Positions 22,016-33,984 of a stretch of 44,300 nucleotides of DNA are shown one piece after another (within the stretch, counting starts at the first letter, position 1; every line of letters starts with the position of its first letter). Source of the stretch: Chiloscyllium plagiosum. Its lineage: Eukaryota. Where the stretch lies: NCBI RefSeq assembly GCF_004010195.1, contig NC_057757.1:765451-809750 (forward strand). The letters run 5' to 3'. Under the pieces are notes generated by a model, which made no database searches, had not been told where the DNA came from, and saw only the letters and a program-made list of their open reading frames with translations. Made by a program: the position numbers and the translations under genes.

Positions 22016-23019
22016 GGTCAGTGCACTCTCCCGCACTTGGAGGACACCCACTATCTGATTCACACTGACAGGGTTCCTACAGGTTACAGGTAGCAAGGAT
22101 TTCCCCTCTGGCCCAAACTGGTTGCTCAGGAGTGAGCAGAGTATTGAACTGGAGACCTGGGGTGCTTCACTACCCTGCCTGATTGACTTGCACTTGGCTT
22201 TTCATCAGAAAAACATAAACAACACAAGGTGACTAATTCTTCTTGTGCGTGTTTTTTCTTTTGGGGGCAGGGAGAAGCATTTAGGATACCAATGGCTGTC
22301 AGTCTTTAGGAAGTGCTTGCCCCTTCCTGTTGGACTGTCGAGCAAATGGAGTTCAATAAACTAACTATGAGATGGGAAATGATCCCACAGCGAGGAGTGA
22401 ACACAACATTCTGAAGGAACAGCTTCCTGTAATAACTCCACCGGTTTAATCCATCACAATAGATGGCAAGTCTAAAGCACTGTCTGAACTTTCGATTCTG
22501 CAACAGCAGCTTCCCATCAGAGAAATGATTGTTTCCTTAATTAGCATCCTAAAGGAAACAACATCCACAGGCACTCAGCCAGGACAACTAATAAAGGACC
22601 TTAGTGACTTAACCGTGCACAGACTGTCATGTGCCCTCCACTAATAACAGGCAGTCTGCCAAGACAGCTAATGAAGACAGTGTTTCGGTGCTACAAACCC
22701 ACCAAAAGATGTATCTTATTAGATCTTGTTGCTAAGTCTGTCTTCCCCGGAAGGAATCTAGTTTCCACATTATCGGTGTCCTTTTCACCATCACCAACTC
22801 TCCACGTACCCATAGTGTTGGTGTAATCACAGAGTTCACAGGCTTTTGAGGAGCGTATGGTGTCTGTCCCCTCAGCCACAGCATTCTAGCGAGCTGCTGA
22901 CAGCTTCCCCTCTGTCCCAACTCACTTAGCATTGTGTCAGCTCAGGCGCCATTTGAGATCACGACTGACAGCAAATTGAATACCCATCGTGCATCTCTCT
23001 CACACGTCCATGACACGAA

Positions 23020-23800
23020 GTTAAGTGCAAAATGAAGTGAGAAGAGGACAGGAGACTACAAAGGGATATAGACGGATTGAGAGAGTTGGCCAAACTGTGA
23101 CAAATAGAGCATAATGATACAAAACTGTCCATTTGGCAGGAAGCATAAAAAAAGGCATATGATCTAAACGGTGATGGATTGCAGAGCTCTGAATGCAGAA
23201 AGATCTGAGTACCCCAGTACTTGCCTGGAATTCAGGTACAGCAAGTAATGATGAAAGCTAACAGAATGCTATTGTTTATTGTGAGGGGAATTGAAAGATG
23301 TAGGAAACTTAGGATTCAGTTGTACAGGATATTGTTGAGATTGCATTTGGAATACTGTGTACCAAATTTGGTCACCTTATTTAAGGAAGGCTGAAAAGTG
23401 TACTGGAGACTGAAGTTTACCAGTCTGATAACTGGAATGGATGGGTTGTGTGGTGTACAGATCGGACAGGTAAGGATTTGCATCTACTGTGGTCTGCTGG
23501 GTCAGAATTACTTGATTGAAACATATAAAGGTGGTGAGGGGTGCTGACAGGGTGAATGGGGAAAGGATGCTTATTAAGATGGGAGAATCTAGGACAAATG
23601 GTCACTTTTTAAGACCATTTTAGACAGAAGTAAAGAGAAGTTGTTTCCCTCAGAACATGGAGTCTTTGGAAGTTCTTGCCCTGAAAAGATGTTGGAAGCT
23701 AGATTCTTATTAAACAAGGGGGTAAAAGGGGGAAATGTGGACTTGAAGTTACAATCAGATCAGTTACGCTGGAGCAGACTCGAGGAGCCTGTTCCTGGTC
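23020..23800 (+). mobile_element. Degraded CR1 fragment
   Basis: ggaatactgtgtaccaaatttggtcaccttatttaaggaagg, EYCV.FWSPYLRK-like. Confidence 0.75.
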
Positions 23801-24841
23801 CTAGTGTACATCCCTCCCTATAAATCACTGCCTTTGACAGCTGAGCCATTATGGAGATAAGGCAGAAACTACTGCAGAGTCATGAAACATACTGAACGGC
23901 CCAGGACTGAAGTTAATCAGCTGTCTTCTCAACTGTGTTCCATGACCAAGGAGTTAAGATTATTTTATCTGCGAGTTATTTTCACTGGTGAGATCAAATT
24001 CACTTCGCAAGCCGATTATACACTTAGCGTCTCTGGTGTCAGGTACAGCTTTCACACAAGTTTGTAATCTTTGAAAAGAGTGTCAATATGAAGCAGAAAG
24101 AAATTTACCTGGCCATCAGATCCTAACAAGCTAGTTTCTGGGTTAGTATTACTTGTTCTCAGAATGGACGACCATGAACAAGGTTGAAAGGGCAATTTGT
24201 AATCCCAAACACTACCCTCTTCGATCAGAGGGAAGGGAGCATGCCCTGTCCTTTCAGAATCCCTTTGGGAGGCAGTCAATTCATGACTGTGAGTAGGAGC
24301 AGGCCATTTGGCCCTTCTCAATATGATCACTGCTGGAAGGGCTACATGGATGTTTAGACTCTGTTGTCCTACCTATTCTTGTACCCATACACACTCCCAC
24401 ACTCCACCTGCTCCTGTACCCATTACAGATATTTCTATTCGGAAGTACCAAATGGGAAAATGGAAGGTTGGAATCTCCTGCGTTGCAGAGAATGAATTAA
24501 TTTTTTGTCACAAATCCAAGCAAGAGCAGAATGGTATGGTGGTAAAATTTTGAGAGCTTCGGAGAGGCACGTTGGCACCTTTGGGTTTCTGAAATACTGC
24601 CTAACTAAAGTTTTCCTAATTCAGTTAACATTTGTCACAGAATGGAGACAAGTGGCAATTGTACTTAGACCTCCAGAAAACTTACAAGTCCAGGCCAGTT
24701 CTCTCCTTTCTTTAGAGTCACAAAGAGATGGCACAAAACGTTTCGGGAGAAATAACTCCCAAGTCAAGAGAAAAGCCTTGGTCCAACTGACAGGCTATTG
24801 AATCATGGATCGTCGTGGTCAGCAACAATGTGATATTATCG

Positions 24842-25110
24842 CCGCACAGTGGCTCAGTGGTTCGCACTGCTGCCTCCCAGCGCAAGGGACCAGGGCTCGA
24901 TTCCAGCCTCAGGCAAATGCCTGCGTGGAGTTTGCGCATTCTCCCTGTGTCTGCGTGGGTTTTCTCCGGGTGCTCCGGCTTCCTCCCCCGCAGCCAAAGC
25001 TGTGCAGGTTAGTTGGGTTAGCCATGGGAAATCCAGGGTTGGGGGAGGGGGGTCTGGGTGAGATGCTCTTTGGAGGGTTAATGGGCCTGCTATTCTATGG
25101 CGATTCTATG
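24842..25110 (+). mobile_element. HE1 V-SINE
   Basis: gcacagtggctcagtgg...ctcgattccagcctc, V core. Confidence 0.85.
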
Positions 25111-25479
25111 ATCACCAAACAACATAAGAAAGTGACTTCATTCCACCCTCATGGTTCGGACTCTCTATGCTTGTTTCTTACCTGTATTTTTGTAAATGAA
25201 TGGGTGTGTTCAGATTTAAAGAGGATATAGTTTAAGTTCACTTATTAGTAATTAATAATTGGTTTTCCTAGTAGTTAACAAATAACTAGTTAACAAACAA
25301 GTTTTGTGTCCTTATTTATTAATGAAGCACAGTGCTTCTTTTAACTCAGATACTGGTCACCACAAGTTAACCATTCACATGATTAAACTGGCTATTTATA
25401 CATTTGGGACAGTTGATGAAAAAGTTAGCGTGAGTTCCAGCATGCTTTTCAATCAAAGCAGTGACATTGCTGATCTGAT

Positions 25480-26362
25480 TGTGGCTTTGACTCCACATTC
25501 CTGCCTTCCCCGACAACCTTTAACTGCAATGTTACTCAAGAATCTAATCCGGTCCGAAAAATATTAAAAATACTTAATGACCCTGCCTCCATCTCTTGGA
25601 GGAAAAAGTGCCATAGATCGGAGAGGCTCGGAAAGGATATTTCTTTTCAGCTTCGTCTCAAATGGGAGAGCCCTTACATTTTAGACTGTGCTTGGTTGTT
25701 CAGGTCTCTCTCCTAAAGGGGTAACACCCTTGCTACATCCATCCTGTTGAGGCCCTTCAGGCACTTGCATGCTTCAGTAAGATCACCTTATGACCCTCTA
25801 AATTCCAATGGATTTAGGACCGATTTGTCTAATTGCTCCTTGTATGATTAAGCATACTTCCTGAGGAATTGTTACCAAAGGTTCACATACATAATGTTTC
25901 GAAGTCTGCATCACATATAGACAGGGTGGTTAAAAAGGTGGTTAGCACACGTACCTTCATTGCTCCGACCTTTGAGTAAAGGAGTTGGGAAGTCATGTTG
26001 AGGTTGTACAGAACATTGGTGAGGCCTGTTGTGGGATACTGTGTCCAGTTCTGGTCACCCAGTTATAAGAAGAACATTAAGTGGGAGAGGGTTTAGAAGA
26101 GATTTACCAGGATGTTGCCAGGAATGGAAAGTTTGAGTTATAAAGAAAGACTGGGACTTTTATCACTGGAGCGCAGGAGGTTGAGGGGTGACTTTCCTGA
26201 AGTTTGTAAAATCCGGAGCTGTATCGGTAGGATTGATAATAGGTGCCTTTTCCCTAGGATGGGGAATTTCAAGACTAGGTGTGAATAGTAGAGTTTGGGA
26301 TTATGGCCAGCATGGACTGGTTGAACCGAAGGGTCTATTTCCGTGCTGTATGACTCTATGAC
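25480..26362. mobile_element. Two CR1 fragments (old minus-strand 25480-25860; plus-strand 25880-26362)
   Basis: gatactgtgtccagttctggtcaccc...gatttaccaggatgttgcc...atgactctatgactc tail, ending about 70 bp from the exon 2 donor. Confidence 0.8.
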
Positions 26363-26434
26363 TCCGAGCGAGTGGATAAACCATGACAGAGTCTGAACAA
26401 GATCCTTAGGGTGCTGCAGTCTTTCAGTACTTAC

Positions 26435-26504
26435 CCAGGAGACAACCCTCCCGTTGAAACAAGGCAGCTTTGCGTTGTCATCAGAGATTTCTTCTTTCAC
26501 AACA
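26435..26504 (-). CDS. DVL2: Dishevelled-2 coding exon 2 (C-terminal part of DIX domain)
   Basis: Encodes (G)[23 protein letters not shown]; ttttcAG acceptor, TGG|GTAAGT donor; 70 nt, needs a phase-2 upstream donor. Confidence 0.96.
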
Positions 26505-27069
26505 CTGAAAACCAAACAAAGATCAGAATGAAATGCTGTTCGCTCATGGCTGGCATTTTGGGGGAGTAAACGTTTTCTGACAGGAAACAAGAGAATTCTT
26601 CAATAAAAGTTTCAATTGAAATAGAGCAATAATCATAAAACACCTTTACTCTCCCAGCTCTCTCACACTTCTACATTTTTAATAAAAGACTTGTATTTAT
26701 ATAGTGCATTTTACAATCTCAGGATTTCCTAAAGCTTTCTTTATTTACAGTTAATAAGCATGTTGGGTGATCAAATATTCCATGTAATTAAGATGTCCAC
26801 ATAATCAAGGTGAAAACACACACTAAGTAATAGAAACATAATGCAGGGATATACACACCACTGTTATAATTTATTGACATCAGAAATCACTTAATAATCT
26901 AATTCTGCCTTAAATAAACTTACCAGCAGAGAGCCTTCTCACTCTCACCCTCAACTGACTACTCAGGGATCGTGATAAAACAGTAAGCTCCTGGTTTCTC
27001 AGATACATCATTTGTGCCGGTTTATCAAGAGTGCCTGTTCATAAGGAGTCAGTTAAAACATAGATTGCT

Positions 27070-27300
27070 ATTCATCTAATGTGTCGTCACTGTTGGAAAC
27101 TCAACAGCCAATTTGCGCATGGGAAGCTCCCATAAACAGCAATGTGATAATGACAAGGTAAATTAATACTGGTTGAAGATTTAAAAACTAGCCAGAGTAT
27201 AGGAAGAACTGAGGAGGAGATGAGATCCCAGCATTGTGCCTCATGTGAATATCAGCATCTCTGACAGCGCTGCACTTCTGGGAGCTTAGAGTTTGGGGTT
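27070..27300 (-). mobile_element. DeuSINE fragment
   Basis: cagccaatttgcgcatgggaagctcccataaacagcaatgtgataatgac. Confidence 0.6.
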
Positions 27301-28264
27301 CTCTGTAGCCAGATATAGACTGACAGCTTCCTGACCCGCAGCAAGGCAGTTCCTCACTGGATCACAGCTGGCATGGTGGCTCTACGAATTGATCCAAGCA
27401 GCAGTCTAATCCATTCCCCCTCTTGGACAGTGGACACACTCCACTGCCTGTTGGTGGTACATTGTATAGGAAGCCCACCCAGGCAACACGGAAAAAAATC
27501 TTCACTGCTGCGCAAGTCTGAGTAATAAACTGCCCAAGAATAAGAAACCCTTTGCCAAAGGCACAAAACAAAAGGAGCAGAGTCTCTGCTGAGGACAGCA
27601 CTGAAAGTTATGCTCCTCTGGAACACTTTTCTCCCTCATTTCCATCACTGAGCTGCTTTCCTGCACCAAAGGAGCAGCAGAATTGTACCTGATGGCAAGC
27701 ACAGACTCATTTGGCTGCACTCCAATGTTACAACTGTGTAAACAGAAGTGTTTATATTGGCCGAGTAATGCGTGTGCTGTGGGGGGGCTAGTTGAAAAGA
27801 AGGGCTCATCTATTATTTGTCACACTGAGTATTGCAAAAATATCATGAAATGGACGTGAGAGCATACGAATTACAAGCAGGAGGCTATTCAGTCCTTTGA
27901 ACCTGCTGTACTGTTCAATACGATCATGGCTGATTGAATTACTCCCGTTCCAAATTACCTGAAACAACCTTTCACCCTCTTGCCTACCAAGAACTTATCT
28001 CTTGCTTAAAAATATTTAAACACTCTTCTTCTCCTTAATCCTCGCCTCTTGGGGGAAGAGAATGGCAATGACTTACAACCTTCAGAAATAAATTGCTACA
28101 AACGTTGAACTCACTTTTAAACAGATATGCCTAGTTCTGGAGAGAATATCATTTCCACATTCATGGTCAAGAGCTCTCAAAATGTTTCAACCTTGTTATT
28201 TTTCGAAACACCAACAGATACAAGTCTAGTCAGTCCAATCTCTTCTCATAAGACAACTTGCCCA

Positions 28265-28956
28265 TAGTGCAGGTTCATAGCGCCTTGGAAGTGGAGTCGC
28301 AGGTAGATAGGATAGTGAAGAAGGCGTTTGGTATGCTTTCCTTTATTGGTCAGAGTATTGAGTACAGGAGTTGGGAGGTCATGTTGTGGCTGTACAGGAC
28401 ATTGTTAGGCCACTGTTGGAATATTGCATACAATTCTGGTCTCCTTCCTATCGAAAAGGCGTTGTGAAACTTGAAAGGTGTCAGGGAAGATTTACAAGGA
28501 TGTTGCCAGGATTGGAGGATCTGAGCTATAGGGAGAGGCTGAACAGGCTGAGGCTGTTTTCCCTGGAGCATCGGAGGCTGAGGGGTGACCTTATAGGGGT
28601 TTATAAAATCATGAGGGGCATGGATAGGATAAACAGTCTTTTCCCTGTGGTGGGGGAGTCCAGAACTAGAGGGCATAGGTTTAAGGTGAGAGGGGAAAGA
28701 TATAAAAGTGACCTTAAGGGCAACCTTTTCACACAGAGGGTGGTACGTGTATGGAATGAGCTGCCAGAGAAGTGGTGGAGGCTGGTACAATTGCAACATT
28801 TAAGAGGCATTTTGATGGGTATATGAATAGAAAGGATTTAGAGGGATATGGGCCGGGTGCTGGCAGGTGGGATTAGATTGGGTTGGGATATCTGGTCAGC
28901 ATGGACGGGTTGGATCAAAGGGTCTGTTCCATGCTGTACATCTCTATGACTCTATG
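28265..28956 (+). mobile_element. Well-preserved CR1 3' fragment inserted in an older minus-strand CR1 (27860-30300)
   Basis: ORF 28371-28826 RPLLEYCIQFWSPSYRK...RLRGDLIGVYKIMRG...; ctctatgactctatg tail. Confidence 0.92.
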
Positions 28957-29889
28957 GCTGGTCTAGTAAACCTTCTTGGAACTGTTTCTAACAGATTTAT
29001 ATCCTTCCTTAAATAAGGTCAAATCACATGACATCAGGTTTGTTTGAAATCATAAGCTTTTGGAGTGCTGCTCCTTGGTGAGTTGATTTTTGATTTTCTT
29101 GTAATTATTAATCGATCAGAGGTCATCCCTTCACTTGCTCTTCAGCTGTTGACACTTTACTCACACCGTTTGACACCTTTGATCACCTGCAGAGACCTAT
29201 TCTTCAGCCTGTCGACACTCCATTCATACCATTTGTATTTATCTTTTGAAACTCTTAATTACCTGGAATTATCTTACCATTATCTCTCTGCATAAAAATG
29301 CTGTGCCTGTATGACTCTCTCCACTTCACCTGACAAAGGAGCAGCGCTCTGAAAGCTTGTGATTTCAAATAAACCTGTTGCAATACAACCTGGCGTCTTG
29401 TGACTTCTGACTTTGTCCACCAGCATCTCCACAACTTAAATAATGTGACCAACATAGTGCACAGCCCTATGAATGTGGTCTCACAACTCTCCTGGGTAAC
29501 TGAAGCATAACTTCATACTTTAGCATTCAGTTCCCCTCACCATAAACATTCTATTAGCTTTCCAACAACTTGCTTTATCGACATGCAGCATTTTGCTGTT
29601 CATGTTCTACAATGCCCAGATCCCAGTGTATCTTAGAGCTCTGCAATTTCTCACCATTTAGACAGAATGCTTCTTTGATAGACTTTGAGCTGAACTAGAT
29701 AGTATCAAATTTTCACACAAACAATGGTTACCGGATTTTTGTCTGTTCACTTAACCTTTCTATATCCCTTTGTTGCTTCCTTATGTACACTTTATAACTT
29801 ACTTTCCGATCTATCTTTGAGTTCCCAGCAAACTTAGTAACCATATCTTTCCTCCCTTCATCGCAGGCATTAATATCAATTGTGAAAAA

Positions 29890-30212
29890 ACAGCATGTTG
29901 GCTCAGTAATTAGCACTGCTGCCTCACAGTGCCAGGGACCTGGGTTAGACTCCATTCGTAAGGGTGGAATCAATGTGGAGTTTGCACATTCTCCCCCTGT
30001 CTGCATGGATTTCCTCCAGGTGGTCTGGCTTCCTCCCTGAGCCCAAAGATGTGCAGGGTAGGTGGACTGGCCATGCTTAAATGTCCAGGAATGTGCAGCT
30101 TAGCCATAGGAAATACAGGGGTAATGGGGTGGGTCTGAGTGGGATACCTTTTGGAGGGTCAGTATGGACTCAATGAGCCAAATGGCCTGCTTCCACACTG
30201 TAGACATTCTAT
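29890..30212 (+). mobile_element. HE1 V-SINE
   Basis: ggctcagtaattagcactgctgcctcacag..., V core. Confidence 0.85.
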
Positions 30213-32499
30213 GAAAAGAGTTGAGGTCCAATACTGATCCTTACTGCCAACCAATGGCCCATTTTTGCCTACTTTGTCTCCTGTTAACCAGCTAGTCTCC
30301 TGTCCTTTTCTCAATGCAGGGATCCTCTCTGGTCTACACTTCTTTCCACCTTCACCATTTGTACCTCCCTGAGGAAACTGGCCTTTGTGAACCAGTGCTC
30401 TGCCTTCTTTGAGCACCGATTGGGCGAAGATGGTGGCGCAGTAGTAATTTCACCCGACTTACAAAACAGAAGTCCTGGCTAATGCTGGGGATCATGGGTT
30501 CAAATACCACAGCAGCTAGTGGAAGTCAGCTAATAAAACTGTGGAATAATGACCACCACATAATGGCAATAACTGTCAGCAATTGATGTAAAAACTCATC
30601 CTTACCCAGTCTGGTAATTCCAGACCCATAGCCAATGTGACCGACTCTTAACTGCCACCTGAAACAGCTGAGCAAACCTCTCAGTTAAAGGGTCATTAGG
30701 GAAGGCAGCAATGCCAAAAGGCAACGAAACAACATTAGTCAGGAAGCTCACAGAGAATGCAGGCATCCTGGCACTCTTAAACCCTGTTTGAAAATCATCT
30801 CAAAATCAAACTCTTCATTCAAGTGATTTGTTACCTCCCTTGATCTTTCCTGCTGGCTTACCGAAATGAAGACAAACACAAGATATGTGCAACTGCAGAA
30901 CAATAAGTGTACAAATGCAAGCTGCTTGCTAAACTTTGCACTGCTGCTACACCTCACAGCGATGCTGGGTTTTTGCCTTTCTCTGTGAAGTGACTGGCAA
31001 CATTGCCTTGACCCCCGAACCACACTGGAAAGTACAACCTCTGCTCTGTACTGACTTGGTTGATCTTTAAAAGTCACACAACACCAGGTTACAGTTCAAC
31101 AGGTTTTAGTATAAATTCTATGTCTTATGATGCTGCCCCACGAGCTACCTAATGAAGGCGCAGTGCTCCGAAAGCTTGCACGCTCAAATAAGCCTGCTGG
31201 GACTATAACCTGGTGTTGTGTGACTTTTAACCTTGACCACCCCAGTCCAACACCGGCACCTCCACAATATTGATTCATCTTGACTGAGGGTGAGGTGGAT
31301 GGATTATAACGATCCTCCTGGGGCACTGGAAACAGTCAGTCCGGGTTCTGACTGGCAGCTGGGTGACCGCAGTCAAAGAGCCTGCCAGTTTCCAACCTGA
31401 ATCCTCAGCTAGGGCCAGCCAGATACGGCTCGGTTAGAGTCTGTGGAACCACACTCCTGTAGTCCCGAGAAAGGCTGGAGGACAGGGGTGCAGAGTAAGG
31501 AAGTCAGAACTCAGGTGATGGGGTCAAGGTGACTCAGACTGAACTCCACATTGGAAGCTGACCGCCTCGTTACACTGAGAGCTGACAGGGTTAACAAGCC
31601 CTGCTCACTTCACAAACCTAGCGCAAAACCAAAACGATTAAACAGTTAGACGAGAGCCAAATATCAGCGATGCTCATAAATACAAACCCACAGCGCCCTC
31701 CCCCCACATTCCCTGGGGGCTCAAGTCTTCAGATGTTTAAGCACACATCAGCACAGATAGTCATTCAGCAGCTCAGAATACAAAGCGGAGCCATTGAAAA
31801 TGCAGTCCTTTCAGCAGCGATAAGCTGGAATGTACAAAGTGCTCTCTGAGGCCATTCAATGCAGGCTAGGGTTGGCGTTTAATTAACAAGAGGCCAAATT
31901 CCTGCTTGTGGATAGGCTCCTGTCTGCTTTCCAAACAGCCACAGGCTCTGAAGGAGGTCTTGTTCAGAGGGGGCAACACAATGCTTGAACTAACAAGCTG
32001 CTTAATATTCAGAGTTCAATCAGCCCAGCTAATCAGCTTGCGAAAGGAACAGGATTCACTAACAAGGGAACAGTCACACAATCCCCCATCCTGCTGTACG
32101 GAATGTTCAGGCCAGTACAAGGGGTGGGGGAGGGTGAGAGTGAGAGACTGCAGCTTTCACACACATCTTGGTCAGTTACAAAGATGAGTACATCTCCCAA
32201 ACTGGGCTTCCAGTCCCAGAGTGTTTCCAATTTCTGCAGATCCTGAGATCAGTTTCCAACCACGTATTCAATTCAATTCACAGAAATGTCACAGAACTAA
32301 GACTCTAATCCCTACAGCAGAGAAAGAGGCCATTCAGTTCATCAAAAGCCACCCCCAAAGTCATATAACACTGCTGGCATTTTTTTACCATGGCTAACCT
32401 GGATACTATGGACAATTTAGCACAGCCAATGCACCTAACATACACATCCCTGGACATTATGGGCTATTTAGCACTGTCAATCTACCTAACCTGCACATA

Positions 32500-32801
32500 G
32501 GACAGCACGGTGGCTCAGTGGTTAGCACTGCTGCCTCACAGCGCCAGGGACCCAGGTTCAATTGTGTGTGGAGTTTGCACATTTTCCCCGTATCTGCGTG
32601 GATTTCCTCCCACAGTTCAAAGATGTGCAGGTTAGGGTGAATTGGCCATGGAGAATTGCCCACAGTGTTAGGTGCATTAGTCAGGGGTAAATGTTGAGTT
32701 GGGGAATGTGTCTGGGTGGGTTGCTCTTCGAAGGGTCAGTGTGGATGTGTTGGGCCGAAGGGCTTGTTTCCACATTGTAGGAAATCTAATTTAGTCTAAT
32801 C
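32500..32801 (+). mobile_element. HE1 V-SINE nested in a minus-strand HE1-derived array
   Basis: ggacagcacggtggctcagtgg...aatctaat; flanks are ...acctgcacat / ccccggacattatgg of the 51-bp unit. Confidence 0.88.
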
Positions 32802-32934
32802 CCCGGACATTATGGAGTTCTGAAGAAGGGTTACAACCAAAACATTGCCTTCTCCACTTCTGATGCTGCCATGCTTGCTGTGTTCTTCCAGCCTCCTGCC
32901 TGTCGACTATGGGCAACTTCACACTGCCAATCTC

Positions 32935-33433
32935 TGGACAACGTCACACTACCAATCTCTGGACACTATAGACAATTTAGCACTGCCAGTCCACCGAACC
33001 AACACATCCCTGGACACTATGGACAATTTGGCACTGCCAGTCCACCTAACCAACACATCCCTGGACACTATGGGGAAATTTGGCACTGCCAGTCTACATA
33101 ACCAACACATCCCTGGACACTATGGGGAAATTTGGCACTGCCAGTCCACCTAACCAACACATCCCTGGACACTATGGGGAAATTTGGCACTGCCAGTCTA
33201 CATAACCAACACACCCCTGGACACTATGGACAATTTGGCACTGCCAGTCCACCTAACCAACACACCCCTGGACACTATGGACAATTTGGCACTGCCAGTC
33301 CACCTAACCAACACATCCCTGGACACTATGGACAATTTGGCACTGCCAGACCACCTAACCAACACACCCCTGGACACAATGGACAATTTGGCACTGCCAG
33401 TCCACCTAACCAATACATCCCTGGACACTATGG
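32935..33433. repeat. 51-52-bp minisatellite derived from the HE1 SINE internal unit, about 9.5 copies
   Basis: Unit ggacactatggacaatttggcactgccagtccacctaaccaacacatccct; 17-aa periodicity in the ORF track. Confidence 0.92.
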
Positions 33434-33439
33434 ATGGCT

Positions 33440-33880
33440 CCTCCTCTGGAAACATGAAGTCATCAGAAACTCTGCTGCCCAAACCCTGGTCATTCATTCT
33501 CCCAGACCCGCACTGATTCCTAACGAAGAGGCAATTTCATTATAAAACTCTCACCCTAGTTTTCAAACCCCTTCAGGGCCTTATCTATTCCAATCACCAA
33601 TCACTTCCAGCTGCACAATACACGAGATCTCTGTGGTCCTCCAATCACAGCTTCTCGAATATCCCCTGATTCCCACTGCATCATCATTAGTGGCTGCGGC
33701 TTCAGGCGCCTGATTTCCAAGCTTTAGAATTCCCTTCCTGAACTTCTCTGTCCATGAAACCCAACGTCCTTGACCAAAGTCTTTACCATCTGCCTGATTA
33801 CAGGCTTATGCGGTTCAGTGTCACATTGTGCCCTATTTGTGAGGCACAATTTGGGCCATTTGATTACATTATGAGTCATG
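33440..33880 (+). mobile_element. L2-like LINE 3' fragment
   Basis: cagaaactctgctgccc...taaaactctcaccctagttttcaaa...tggctgcggcttcagg. Confidence 0.55.
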
Positions 33881-33984
33881 TTATAAACACATGTTGTTAT
33901 TGTACCTCGAGAGAGCGTTCCCAGCTGTTGAATACTTGGTGGGTCCAACTCAATAATAATTTTTAAAGACCTAGGACTGTCGCT

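Noticed and set aside
25140..25470. Possible LTR fragment; likewise a possible Rex/Babar 3' end at ~42340-42495
   Set aside because: Only a vague resemblance from memory, with no partner LTR, TSD or coding remnant visible.
1602..26504. Assignment as DVL3 or DVL1
   Set aside because: Diagnostic motifs in exons 5, 6, 12, 13, 14 and the SFHMAM tail favour DVL2. DVL3-like segments are better explained as ancestral retention, pending phylogeny.
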